From Actinomycetes bacterium (lineage in GTDB: Bacteria > Actinomycetota > Acidimicrobiia > Acidimicrobiales > RAAP-2), in assembly GCA_021793515.1 (NCBI GenBank), contig JAJYSP010000001.1, forward strand, positions 10,533 through 74,532: 64,000 nucleotides of DNA, given 5' to 3'. Below are positions 27,055 through 36,260 of the stretch, one piece after another. The position numbers were made by a program, and so were the translations under genes. A model generated the notes under the pieces. That model had not been told where the DNA came from, did not search any database, and worked only from the letters and a program-made list of their open reading frames with translations. Position 1 is the stretch's first letter. Every line of letters begins with the position of its first letter.

Positions 27055-30000
27055 CTACCGATTCACTGATTGTGCGACGCCGTATCGCCGCTGCTCGAGG
27101 CCACGCAGTCGCTCACGTACCGACCGAGACCACAACGAGGGCGCGTACAGCTGGCTGACTCGTCGTCGAACCCGACCGGTATCGAGCCGAGCTAGTAACG
27201 GGGCCGAGACAACTCGACGCATGGCGAGTGTTGCCGCCGCGAGGTCGGGTTCGGCCCACGTACCACCCGGCGTACACCAACGTCCCTCAACCGGGATGGA
27301 CGTGGAGGTCGCGGGCACCAACATCGCATCCTGGTCGCTCAGTATCTCCATGGCGATGGAGTGACGAGTCGCAATCACGGGTACACCTAATGCGGCGGCT
27401 CGGGTGAGCCCTAAGCCGGTCCCCTCACTTCGATGCAACGCCACAAAACAGGTGGCGGTCCTCGCCCGGCCAACAAGCTCTCGGCCGCTGACCCCGTCAG
27501 CCTGTGAAATTAGCGCGATGTCGTCTCGACCCATGATCTGCGCGAGCAGCCGAGCGTGTTCGGCGGGGAACTCGTGCTCGTGCGCGGCTTCGATAATGAG
27601 TCTGGTTTGATCGCCAGATTCGAAGGCGCCGCAATACGCGCTAACGACACCGAGTGGATTCTGGCGTTCGAACCCCGTCCGGTAATCGACGCCGGCGACA
27701 AACGTGAATCGGTCGTCGTTATCCCTCGCCACCCTTTCGCCCTCGAAAATGAGCGGTACGCGCACGTTCGTCACGGTTTGATCAGTCACCCGAGAGACCG
27801 CGCGTGCGGCAAACGCCGACGGCACCCAGATTTCGTGCACCATTCGCGTAGTGATCGCCATCATCTCTGAGGGCTGCTCGAGGTCCCACGGCCACATGCC
27901 GATTGCGTAACGATTTTCGAAGGGCGTCGCGCCAAGATCGATAGCGAAGTTCGATAGATCCTCCGGTGACATGACAAAGAGCGACGTGTCAAAGGGAAAG
28001 TCGCCGGCGTCACGATGTTGCCACTCGACCACTCCCGGTCGACCCCCCGCGTGATACGACGTCGTCGACACCGGGTACTTCACCCCACGCAGAGCCGTGG
28101 CGACGGCGCGCGCCACGTGTCCGTGGCAGTCCGATGACTCGAAGGGACCCACGATATTGATGCCACCACGGGTGGGGTGAGGAGCCACGCTCAGCGTCGG
28201 CACCGCGCTAACACGTCGACCTCGCTCCGATCGCTGCGTCGGCGAACTCGAACCGGTCGGCCCCTCGACGACGACGAGCTCGTCGTCGGGTTCCTGTTCC
28301 ATCAGCGTCGGTGCCAGTCTCGCGGCGGTGGCGAGTGCGTCATCACGGACTTCGGGAGGGAGTTTTGCCCGAGCTTCCCGTGCGCCGCGAACCACTCGTC
28401 GATCCCCGAACGTGCCATACGCCGCCGCAGCGGCAAGAAGGCGAACAACGGGGTCGGCGTCGGCGTCGGCCGACATGGTCACGAGCGGACACGACGTCCC
28501 CAGTCCCCGAGTACGCAGTCGAGAGGACCACACCAACGCCCGAGCAATTCCAAAGCGCGGCGCGAGTCGCGCCGCGGCGGCCAAGGGTTCAGGGCGGTCG
28601 AGGAACTTGCTCCAGATTCCTTCCAGCACGGCGTCGGCGACTTCGGGCGTTTGATGGACCGTGCGACCGAGCACGGGCATCAAGTCGGACTCTTGCATTG
28701 CTTCGGCGATCTCGCTCGGTGATCGTCCCGAGCGCTCCAACCACTTCGTAAGCTCGCCGAGGTCCGCTTCGAGAACACCAGCCTCACGAATGGCCGCTAG
28801 GACGACATCGGCTGCCAATGAGTACTCACCTAACTTTGCCAGTGCCGTAGCTCGAAGGGCCGCGAGCGTGTGCTCCGAATACTCCATCCCGTCGTCGTCT
28901 CGTCCGCGTGGAGGAATTCTCGCGAGGATCGCCAACCCACCATCGAGGTCCCCCATCGAGATCCTTATGTTCCCCTCGGCGATATCCGCCACAATCTGAA
29001 TGACTGAGACACGTCGCAATTCCGCGACCTGCGCGAGCGCCTCATCAAATCGACCCAGCCTCTGCAGTATGTAGATCAGATTCTTGATTGCCAAACGACG
29101 CGTAATTGGGTCTTCTGTGATGGAAGCCGCCTCCATGAGCGCGTCCACCGCCTCATCGCTGCGGCCCGCCGATTCCAACGCGCGACCGTAATTCATGAGG
29201 GCGTAGGCGTGGCTCATGTCATCATCAGCCAGGGCCGCCCGCGCCAAGTCGAGATTTCGACCCGCTTTCTCGCGTGCATCGAAGACCGCAGCGACGTAGC
29301 CCGTGTGAATAATGCGACCACCGCTCAAGTAGTTGATCCGCAATCCTCGACCGAGGTCATCAACCGCCACGACTTGCTCGTGGAGGCGGTGACGCCACGT
29401 CGCGCGCGAGCGACGGAACAGGCGGACGGCCGTGTGCACCGAGCGAGCATTGCCGGCGCCGTGCAGGTTCTCGATCGGGACCAAGAACGCGTCGATGTCG
29501 ACCGGTTGCGCCCTGAGGATGCCGCGGATTGTTTGGGCGTCACCTAGGAACGTCTCGTCCGCATCGAGTGAAAGGACCCACTCACCTCGTGCCTGACCAA
29601 GCGCCACGTTGCGAGCGCGCGCGAACGAGTTGTCCCAGAATCCTTCGAACACCCGAGCGCCCGCCGCGCGGGCGATCTCAACGGTACGGTCCGTGGACCC
29701 GGTGTCATACACGACAATTTCATCGGCGAGCTTTCCGACGGACTCGAGACAGGACTCCAGCATCGCCTCTTCGTCCTTGACGATGAGACATACCGAGATG
29801 AGGCACGACGGTTCGGGACCTTCGAGCAGCCACTTGGCCTGATATCGCCGCAAGTTCTCCGCGCGATAGTAGGCATGGTCGACGTTGTTGGCGTCAAATG
29901 TCACTCGCCCGACGTGACTGACGTTTAGAGGATGACTCGTCACGAGTCGCCGGCCCGTCGCCCGTATCGTGCGACACATATCCCAGTCTTCGTATCCCCC

Positions 30001-30495
30001 CATGACGTAGTGCTCGTCGAATCCGCCAACCTCCCGGAAAACGCTGCTGCGCACCGCCAAACACGACCCGCCACAGACGTCTGTCTCGCTTACGGGCTCT
30101 GAGGCGTGAACCCGTTCGGGAATTTCGAGGTCGGTCGCGGTACCACTCGCCGCCACCGTCGGATCGTCGAAGGCGGCCAACAACTCCTCGAGCCACCCGG
30201 GCCCCACCACGGTGTCATTGTGCAAGAAGACGATGACTTCTCCGTGCGCCTGCTGCGCCCCTTGATTCCAAGCGCTGGCGGCGCCCCGATTCTGGCGATT
30301 GGTGATCACCTCGATGCGATCGAACGTCGCAAGCTCACTGGACGTCGCGTCACGCGAGCCGTTATCAATAATCACGATCTGATCGGTCGGCGCGATCGTC
30401 GAGCGCAGCGAATCCAGACACGTACGAGTGTGCGCCCAGGCATTCCACGCGGACACAACGATCGTCGCCGTGGGGCGTACTTTCTCTTGGGGCAC
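27055..30495 (-). CDS. Multidomain GT2-GT2-TPR-GT4 glycosyltransferase, candidate flagellin glycosyltransferase
   Basis: GT2 #1 (TIVVSAWN..IDNGSRD..HNDT), GT2 #2 (SVCLIVKDEE..YDTGSTDRT..FARARN..LDADE), TPR-like helices (YALMNYGRAL, ALAKLGEYSLA), GT-B domain (RQNPLG..HRSEGTGL); directly upstream of fliC. Confidence 0.88.
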   Translation of the reverse strand: MPQEKVRPTATIVVSAWNAWAHTRTCLDSLRSTIAPTDQIVIIDNGSRDATSSELATFDRIEVITNRQNRGAASAWNQGAQQAHGEVIVFLHNDTVVGPGWLEELLAAFDDPTVAASGTATDLEIPERVHASEPVSETDVCGGSCLAVRSSVFREVGGFDEHYVMGGYEDWDMCRTIRATGRRLVTSHPLNVSHVGRVTFDANNVDHAYYRAENLRRYQAKWLLEGPEPSCLISVCLIVKDEEAMLESCLESVGKLADEIVVYDTGSTDRTVEIARAAGARVFEGFWDNSFARARNVALGQARGEWVLSLDADETFLGDAQTIRGILRAQPVDIDAFLVPIENLHGAGNARSVHTAVRLFRRSRATWRHRLHEQVVAVDDLGRGLRINYLSGGRIIHTGYVAAVFDAREKAGRNLDLARAALADDDMSHAYALMNYGRALESAGRSDEAVDALMEAASITEDPITRRLAIKNLIYILQRLGRFDEALAQVAELRRVSVIQIVADIAEGNIRISMGDLDGGLAILARIPPRGRDDDGMEYSEHTLAALRATALAKLGEYSLAADVVLAAIREAGVLEADLGELTKWLERSGRSPSEIAEAMQESDLMPVLGRTVHQTPEVADAVLEGIWSKFLDRPEPLAAAARLAPRFGIARALVWSSRLRTRGLGTSCPLVTMSADADADPVVRLLAAAAAYGTFGDRRVVRGAREARAKLPPEVRDDALATAARLAPTLMEQEPDDELVVVEGPTGSSSPTQRSERGRRVSAVPTLSVAPHPTRGGINIVGPFESSDCHGHVARAVATALRGVKYPVSTTSYHAGGRPGVVEWQHRDAGDFPFDTSLFVMSPEDLSNFAIDLGATPFENRYAIGMWPWDLEQPSEMMAITTRMVHEIWVPSAFAARAVSRVTDQTVTNVRVPLIFEGERVARDNDDRFTFVAGVDYRTGFERQNPLGVVSAYCGAFESGDQTRLIIEAAHEHEFPAEHARLLAQIMGRDDIALISQADGVSGRELVGRARTATCFVALHRSEGTGLGLTRAAALGVPVIATRHSIAMEILSDQDAMLVPATSTSIPVEGRWCTPGGTWAEPDLAAATLAMRRVVSAPLLARLDTGRVRRRVSQLYAPSLWSRSVRERLRGLEQRRYGVAQSVNR

Positions 30496-30585
30496 GGTAC
30501 AGTTGACGACCCGGGCGAACGGTAAATTTACCCCCCAAAGAGTATTTGGGACCAGGTGAGAGTAGACTTTTTGTAGAACCAGATC

Positions 30586-31116
30586 ATGGAACCACTCACC
30601 GACGTCCGAGAGGTTTTAAGGCGAGTTGGGGTGGTCGACGCAACTACACCAATCGCGGTGTTGCGCGAGTGGCGTACCGAAGTCGTGCGGGCGTCGGTAC
30701 TGCTTTCGTATGCGCTGGGAATCTATTCACTCGACGCCACGATCCTCGAACGCGCACGCTCATCAGGGGCACCAGATGTGCTGACCACGCTGGTGGACGA
30801 ACTCCCCGCGTTGCTCGCCACCGGCTGGGTGAGTGGGGGCTGGTCGCTCTCGCCTGACGCGTCGGCGTCGGTGGCCGCGGCGGCCGAGTTCGACGTCGAG
30901 ACAGTCGCCAGTCGGCTCGAGCTTCACGGCGAGCTGGTGACCAGTGACCTCGACGACCCCGCGGTCGTCCTCGATTTGCTTGATCGCGTCAACGAGCAAT
31001 GCACGGTGCTCGTAGCGTTAAAAGACGAGCTCACACGTCAATTGGCACGAATCCAGGGGATGGTGCTCGAGCGCTACACGACGGGAGACGCGTCGGTCGA
31101 TGACTGGCTGTCATAA
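30586..31116 (+). CDS. RsiG/AmfC-like anti-sigma candidate with degenerate c-di-GMP motifs
   Basis: Four blocks resemble recalled Streptomyces RsiG: LREWR..LSY..IL, LVDELPALLA, SDL, and RYTTGDASVDDWL (RsiG: RYREGEAQVDDLL); similar length (176 aa). Confidence 0.65.
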   Translation: MEPLTDVREVLRRVGVVDATTPIAVLREWRTEVVRASVLLSYALGIYSLDATILERARSSGAPDVLTTLVDELPALLATGWVSGGWSLSPDASASVAAAAEFDVETVASRLELHGELVTSDLDDPAVVLDLLDRVNEQCTVLVALKDELTRQLARIQGMVLERYTTGDASVDDWLS

Positions 31117-31128
31117 CCGCCAGTCATC
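31099..31128 (+). terminator. Hairpin spanning the stop codon of the RsiG-like gene
   Basis: GATGACTGGC-N10-GCCAGTCATC; T-rich run follows at about 31158-31164. Confidence 0.35.
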
Positions 31129-31509
31129 CAGTGTCCAACGCGTCCGTTGCGACTGAATTTTTTTCAGCGACCACCTAACCATCGACGCGACCCTCGCGGT
31201 CACGAACGATGGACGCGGCGTGGTGATCGGAGCACCCAACCTCACCACTACGAGATCCGCCGTGAGGGAAACGGGACTCGAGGCGGTCCGTCGCGGGCCG
31301 CCATGGTCACGCCAAATCTGGCCCGATCCGATGAGTTCAGCCCAACATTTCGAACGAAACACAACTCGCGAATTGCCAGGATCGCCAACGCATCCAACGT
31401 CGTCCGAGCGGGGACGACCCAGTTCGGACCAGGTTCAGCCCCGTGCCTACAATGGGAAACGTTGTGGCAGGCGAGCCGTTGCTCGCGACGATGAGAGCGA
31501 GGAGAACCG

Positions 31510-32325
31510 GTGGCAGCCATTGAAAGTGCGACAAAGGTTGAGTTGGGAGGGCTCCGCGGCGGACCGGACGTCCCAACGCTGCGCGAGGACCGCTGGTGGC
31601 TCCAGCCGGTCATCACGGTATCGATTCTCACCGCCTTCGTCGTGTACTCGACCTGGGCGGCGTTCCAGAACCAGAACTACTACGTCGGCGCGGCTGCACA
31701 CCGCGACCTGATTAGTCCCTTCTACTCGCCGTGCCTCACGACGACGTGCGTGCCGGGCTCGGGGTCCGGCTTCGCTATCCACGGGTGGGGCCTCTCGCCG
31801 GCACTGATCATCCTGATCTTCCCGCTCGGTTTCCGCCTGACGTGCTACTACTACCGCCGCAGCTACTACCGCGCCTTCTGGTGGTCGCCACCGGCGTGCG
31901 CCGTCGCCGACGGACACGGCTCGTACTCCGGTGAGACGAAGTTCCCGCTGATCATGCACAACGCCCACCGGTACTTCTTCTTCGCCGGACTGGTCTTTAA
32001 CGTGCTGCTCACCTACGACGCGATTCGCGCCTTCCACCAGCCCGGACTCGGCTGGGGCGTGACCGTCGGCACGGTGGTGCTCGTCATCAACGCCGTGCTG
32101 CTGTGGTCCTACTCACTCACCTGCCACGCCTGTCGACACCTGTGCGGCGGTGGCGTGAAGAACTTCTCACAGCACAAGGCCCGTTACCGGACCTGGAAGT
32201 TCCTGTCGCGCTACAACTCCAAGCACATGAACTTCGCCTGGGCGTCGCTCATCTTCGTCGCACTCACCGACGTCTACGTGCGCCTCGTCGCATCGGGCGC
32301 CCTCACCGACTACAAACTCTTCTAA
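31510..32325 (+). CDS. sdhC: Succinate dehydrogenase membrane anchor, actinobacterial Sdh1 (Rv0249c) type
   Basis: Multi-TM, PLGFRLTCYYYRRSYYRAFW..PPACAV, HRYFF, CHACRH, HMNFAW; precedes sdhA. Confidence 0.85.
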   Translation: MAAIESATKVELGGLRGGPDVPTLREDRWWLQPVITVSILTAFVVYSTWAAFQNQNYYVGAAAHRDLISPFYSPCLTTTCVPGSGSGFAIHGWGLSPALIILIFPLGFRLTCYYYRRSYYRAFWWSPPACAVADGHGSYSGETKFPLIMHNAHRYFFFAGLVFNVLLTYDAIRAFHQPGLGWGVTVGTVVLVINAVLLWSYSLTCHACRHLCGGGVKNFSQHKARYRTWKFLSRYNSKHMNFAWASLIFVALTDVYVRLVASGALTDYKLF

Positions 32326-32335
32326 AGGACCGACC

Positions 32336-34153
32336 GTGACCACGTCTCCGTACGAACACCACGAGTACGACGTACTCATCATCGGCGCCGGTGGCGCCGG
32401 CCTGCGCGCCGCGATCGAAGCCAAGCAGCGCGGGCTCTCCGTTGGCATCGTGACCAAGTCCCTCCTCGGCAAGGCTCACACGGTCATGGCCGAGGGCGGC
32501 ATGGCCGCGGCCATGGGCAACGTCTCCTCCGAGGACAACTGGCGCGTCCACTTCCGCGACACCATGCGCGGCGGCAAGATGCTCAACAACTACCGCATGG
32601 CCGAGCTGCACGCGAAGGAATCCCCCGACCGCGTGCGCGAGCTCGAGCAGTGGGGCGCGCTCTTTGACCGCACCAAGGACGGCCGAATCCTCCAGCGTGA
32701 CTTCGGTGGCCACCGCTACGCGCGCCTCGCGCACGTGGGCGACCGCACGGGCCTCGAGTTGATCCGTACGCTCCAGCAGAAGGTCGTCTCCATGGGCACC
32801 GACGTGTACATGGAGTGCAAGGTCCTCCAGCTCGTACACGACGAGTCGGGCCGCGTCGCCGGCGCGGTCGCCTACTGGCGCCCGACCGGCGAGTTCGTCA
32901 CCTTCGCCGCCAAGACGATCATCCTCGCGAGCGGTGGCGTCGGCAAGTCCTGGAAGTTCACCTCGAACTCGTGGGAGAGCACCGGTGATGGCCACGCGAT
33001 GGCGTTGTGGGCCGGGGCCGAGCTCATTGACATGGAGTGCATCCAGTTCCACCCGACCGGCATGGTCTGGCCCCTCAGTGTCCGGGGCCTGCTCGTGACC
33101 GAGGGTGTGCGCGGCGACGGCGGGGTGCTGCGTAACTCCGAGGGCGAGCGCTTCATGTTCAACTACGTGGCCGACATGTTCCGCGCCGAGACCGCCGAGT
33201 CCGAGGAGGAGGGCGACCGCTGGTACGACGACCACAACGCTGGCCGTCGTCCGCCCGAGCTCCTGCCGCGCGACGAGGTCGCCCGCGCGATCAACGCCGA
33301 GGTGAAGGCCGGTCGCGGCAGTCCCCACGGCGGTGTCTACCTCGACATCGGCACGCGCCGCACCGCCGAGTACATCCGTCGCCGCCTGCCCTCGATGTAC
33401 CACCAGTTCATGGAGCTCGCCGGCGTCGACATCACCCGCGAGGCCATGGAGATCGGCCCGACCTGCCACTACATCATGGGTGGCGTCAAGGTCGACGCGG
33501 ACACCGCGGCCACCAAGGTCCCCGGCCTCTACGCCGCCGGCGAGGTCGCCGGTGGCATGCACGGGGCGAACCGGCTCGGTGGCAACTCGCTGTCGGACCT
33601 CGTGGTCTTCGGTCGTCGCGCGGGTATGGCGGCCTCGGACTACGTCGAAGGCGGCTCGGGTCCGAGCGGTTTCGACTGGGGCGAGGTCGAGTCGGCCGTC
33701 GCACGCGCGCTCGCACCCTTCGAGAACGAGAACGGTGAGAACCCCTACGACATCCAGCGCGACCTCCAAGAGATGATGCAGGCCAACGTCGGCATCATCC
33801 GCACTGGTGACGAGATCGAGTTCGCCATCACCGAACTCGAGACCTTCACCGAGCGGGTGAAGAACATCTCGGTCAAGGGCGGGCGGGCCTACAACCCCGG
33901 TTGGAACCTCGCCACCGACCTGCCGAGCATGCTCACCGTCTCCAAGTGCACGTCGCGCGGCGCGCGCGAGCGCAAGGAGTCGCGCGGTGGGCACACCCGC
34001 GAGGACTTCCCCAAGGCCAGCGCTGAATACGGCACCTTCAACCTGGCGCACACCATCGCGGGCGGCACCTGGGATGGCGAGATCACAACCGAGCGATCAC
34101 CGCTCCTGACCATGCCCGATGAATTGAAAGCGCTGCTCGAGGAGGGGAAGTAA
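32336..34153 (+). CDS. sdhA: Succinate dehydrogenase/fumarate reductase flavoprotein
   Basis: IIGAGGAGLRAA, KAHTVMAEGG (covalent FAD His), QFHPTG, TEGVRGDGG, HYIMGG, HGANRLGGNSL, RKESRGGH. Confidence 0.97.
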   Translation: MTTSPYEHHEYDVLIIGAGGAGLRAAIEAKQRGLSVGIVTKSLLGKAHTVMAEGGMAAAMGNVSSEDNWRVHFRDTMRGGKMLNNYRMAELHAKESPDRVRELEQWGALFDRTKDGRILQRDFGGHRYARLAHVGDRTGLELIRTLQQKVVSMGTDVYMECKVLQLVHDESGRVAGAVAYWRPTGEFVTFAAKTIILASGGVGKSWKFTSNSWESTGDGHAMALWAGAELIDMECIQFHPTGMVWPLSVRGLLVTEGVRGDGGVLRNSEGERFMFNYVADMFRAETAESEEEGDRWYDDHNAGRRPPELLPRDEVARAINAEVKAGRGSPHGGVYLDIGTRRTAEYIRRRLPSMYHQFMELAGVDITREAMEIGPTCHYIMGGVKVDADTAATKVPGLYAAGEVAGGMHGANRLGGNSLSDLVVFGRRAGMAASDYVEGGSGPSGFDWGEVESAVARALAPFENENGENPYDIQRDLQEMMQANVGIIRTGDEIEFAITELETFTERVKNISVKGGRAYNPGWNLATDLPSMLTVSKCTSRGARERKESRGGHTREDFPKASAEYGTFNLAHTIAGGTWDGEITTERSPLLTMPDELKALLEEGK

Positions 34154-34932
34154 TGGCTGAGGTAACGATGCGGGTCTGGCGCGGTGACGCCAGCGGTGGC
34201 GACTTCGAGAACTACACGGTCACCCAGAACGAGGGTGAAGTGGTCCTCGACGTGATCCACCGCATCCAGGCGACCGAGGCCCCCGATCTGGCGTGCCGGT
34301 GGAATTGCAAGGCCGGCAAGTGCGGCAGCTGCGCCGCCGAGATCAACGGCAAGCCCCGCCTGATGTGCATGACGCGCATGGACGACCTGCCCGAGGGGAC
34401 GGTGACGGTCACGCCGATGAAGACGTTCCCGATCATCCGTGACCTGGTGACTGACGTCTCGTTCAACTTCGCCATGGCCGAGCGGGTCCCCGCGCTGCTG
34501 CCGCCCCCGATGCCCGAGGACGGCTACCGCATGTTCCAAGAGGACGTCGAGCGTGGCCAGGAGTTCCGCAAGTGCATCGAGTGCTTCATGTGCCAGGACG
34601 TCTGCCACGTGATCCGCGACCACGAGGAGAACAAGCAGTACTACGCCGGCCCGCGGTTCTTCATCCGCTACGCCGAGCTCGAGATGCACCCCCTCGACCA
34701 GAACGACCGGCGTGAGTACGTGCGCGAGGAGATGGGCCTCGGCTACTGCAACATCACCAAGTGCTGCACCGAGGTCTGCCCCGAGCACATCAAGATCACC
34801 GACAACGCGATCATCCCGTTGAAGGAGCGCGTCGTGGACGCGCACTACGACCCGGTCGCGTGGCTCGGTAGAAAGATCGGCCGGCGCACGAAGCGCTCGG
34901 CAACCGAGGCGGGCGTCCAGCCCGCTCCGTAA
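34153..34932 (+). CDS. sdhB: Succinate dehydrogenase iron-sulfur subunit
   Basis: CKAGKCGSC..C; CIECFMC..C; CNITKCCTEVCP. Confidence 0.97.
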   Translation: MAEVTMRVWRGDASGGDFENYTVTQNEGEVVLDVIHRIQATEAPDLACRWNCKAGKCGSCAAEINGKPRLMCMTRMDDLPEGTVTVTPMKTFPIIRDLVTDVSFNFAMAERVPALLPPPMPEDGYRMFQEDVERGQEFRKCIECFMCQDVCHVIRDHEENKQYYAGPRFFIRYAELEMHPLDQNDRREYVREEMGLGYCNITKCCTEVCPEHIKITDNAIIPLKERVVDAHYDPVAWLGRKIGRRTKRSATEAGVQPAP

Positions 34933-34934
34933 TC

Positions 34935-35297
34935 GTGGACGAGTTCGCCGGCGACGAGTGGTTCGCGACCCTGAACGAGTCGCTCGTCGCCGCCGGACCG
35001 GTCCCGATGTTCGAGACGCCGCAGCGAATCGTCTTTCACCTACTCGACGCACCCACGAGGGCCCCCCACGCCTTCACGTTCACGCTGGGGCCCTCGGGGG
35101 CGAGTGTGGCCGCTGGTGACCACCTGGCCGCCGACGCGGTCGTACGTATCGCCTTCGCCGACGCCGCCCGGCTCTACCGCGGTGACCTCGACAGCGCCGC
35201 GGCCCTGCGCGAGGGGCGCGTCAAGGTCCGCGGTGACGTCAGCGTCGTCGTCGCCCTACTCGACTGGCTGCTCAACGCCCGGGGCTCGGCCGCGTGA
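34935..35297 (+). CDS. SCP2 sterol/lipid-binding domain protein
   Basis: ADAVVRIAFADAARLYRGDLD..AALREGRVKVRGD SCP2 pattern. Confidence 0.75.
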   Translation: MDEFAGDEWFATLNESLVAAGPVPMFETPQRIVFHLLDAPTRAPHAFTFTLGPSGASVAAGDHLAADAVVRIAFADAARLYRGDLDSAAALREGRVKVRGDVSVVVALLDWLLNARGSAA

Positions 35298-36061
35298 GCG
35301 ATCTGCCGCTGCTTGAGGACGACCTCGACGAACCGGGTGTGCTCGAGGCCGCCATGCTGCACCGGCGTCCGCGGGTCCACCCCGCCGTCGTGCTCTGCTT
35401 CTTCAACGACCTGCTCACCCGGCTCGCCGCCGAGGGCGTCCTCACCCCGCTCTACTCGCTGCGCAGTGAGATCGGCACCAACCCCGTCTACGAGTTCAAT
35501 ACCCCGAGCGGCCCGGTCGCGGTCGTGCACCCCGGCATGGGCGGCCCCCTCGCCGCCGCCATCGTCGAGGAACTCGCAGCGCTCGGGATGACTTCAGTGG
35601 TCGCCTGCGGCGGTGCCGGCGCACTCGTCGCGGAACTCGATCGTGGCGCGATCATGGTCGTCGACTCCGCCCTGCGCGACGAGGGAACGAGTTTCCACTA
35701 CGCGCCTCCGTCGCGGGTCATCGACGCCGACCCGGACGGCGTCGAGGCGCTCGTGGGGGTGCTCAGCGCCAACGAAGTCGCCCACCGCGTGGGTCGAACC
35801 TGGACGACCGACGCGATCTTCCGCGAGGCGCGTAGCCGTGTCGATCGCCGCGTCGCCGAGGGCTGTTCGATGGTCGACATGGAGTCCGCCGCGTTCATCG
35901 CGGTTGCGCGCTACCGCCGGGTGCGGTTCGCCCAACTGCTCTACGCCGGGGACTCACTCGTGGGCGAATGGGACCATCGGTCGTGGCTGCGCGCCGGTGA
36001 GGTCCGCGAGCAGCTCTTCTACCTCGCCGCCGAAGGCGCTCGCCGCCTCCTCGAGGCTTGA
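35294..36061 (+). CDS. Nucleoside phosphorylase (PNP_UDP_1 family)
   Basis: GMGGPLAA, GGAGAL, RDEGTSFHY, TWTTDAIFRE, VDMESAA. Confidence 0.88.
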   Translation: MSDLPLLEDDLDEPGVLEAAMLHRRPRVHPAVVLCFFNDLLTRLAAEGVLTPLYSLRSEIGTNPVYEFNTPSGPVAVVHPGMGGPLAAAIVEELAALGMTSVVACGGAGALVAELDRGAIMVVDSALRDEGTSFHYAPPSRVIDADPDGVEALVGVLSANEVAHRVGRTWTTDAIFREARSRVDRRVAEGCSMVDMESAAFIAVARYRRVRFAQLLYAGDSLVGEWDHRSWLRAGEVREQLFYLAAEGARRLLEA

Positions 36062-36260
36062 CTCACCACTTCAGTCCATCGGGTCCGGGGTCCCACCCCC
36101 CCAGGGTCCCGCGCGACCCACGACCGCGCACGTATCGACTCGATGCGTCAGCGATCGAAGCCGCGTCATGAATAACCCACGCTCGCCCCATGCCGGTGAC
36201 GTGCCCGATGGCCCGCCCATACGCCATGCCCACCCGTGACGCCTCGTCGCTACGGGTGGA

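Noticed and set aside
1-31116. Apparent absence of fliA, flgK, flgL, flgN, fliW, csrA, fliL, flgM and che genes
   Set aside because: The cluster continues past the left edge, so absence from this window is not evidence of loss.
32303-34051. 582-aa minus-strand ORF (and 31447-32037, 33889-35052)
   Set aside because: Antisense shadows of sdhCAB.
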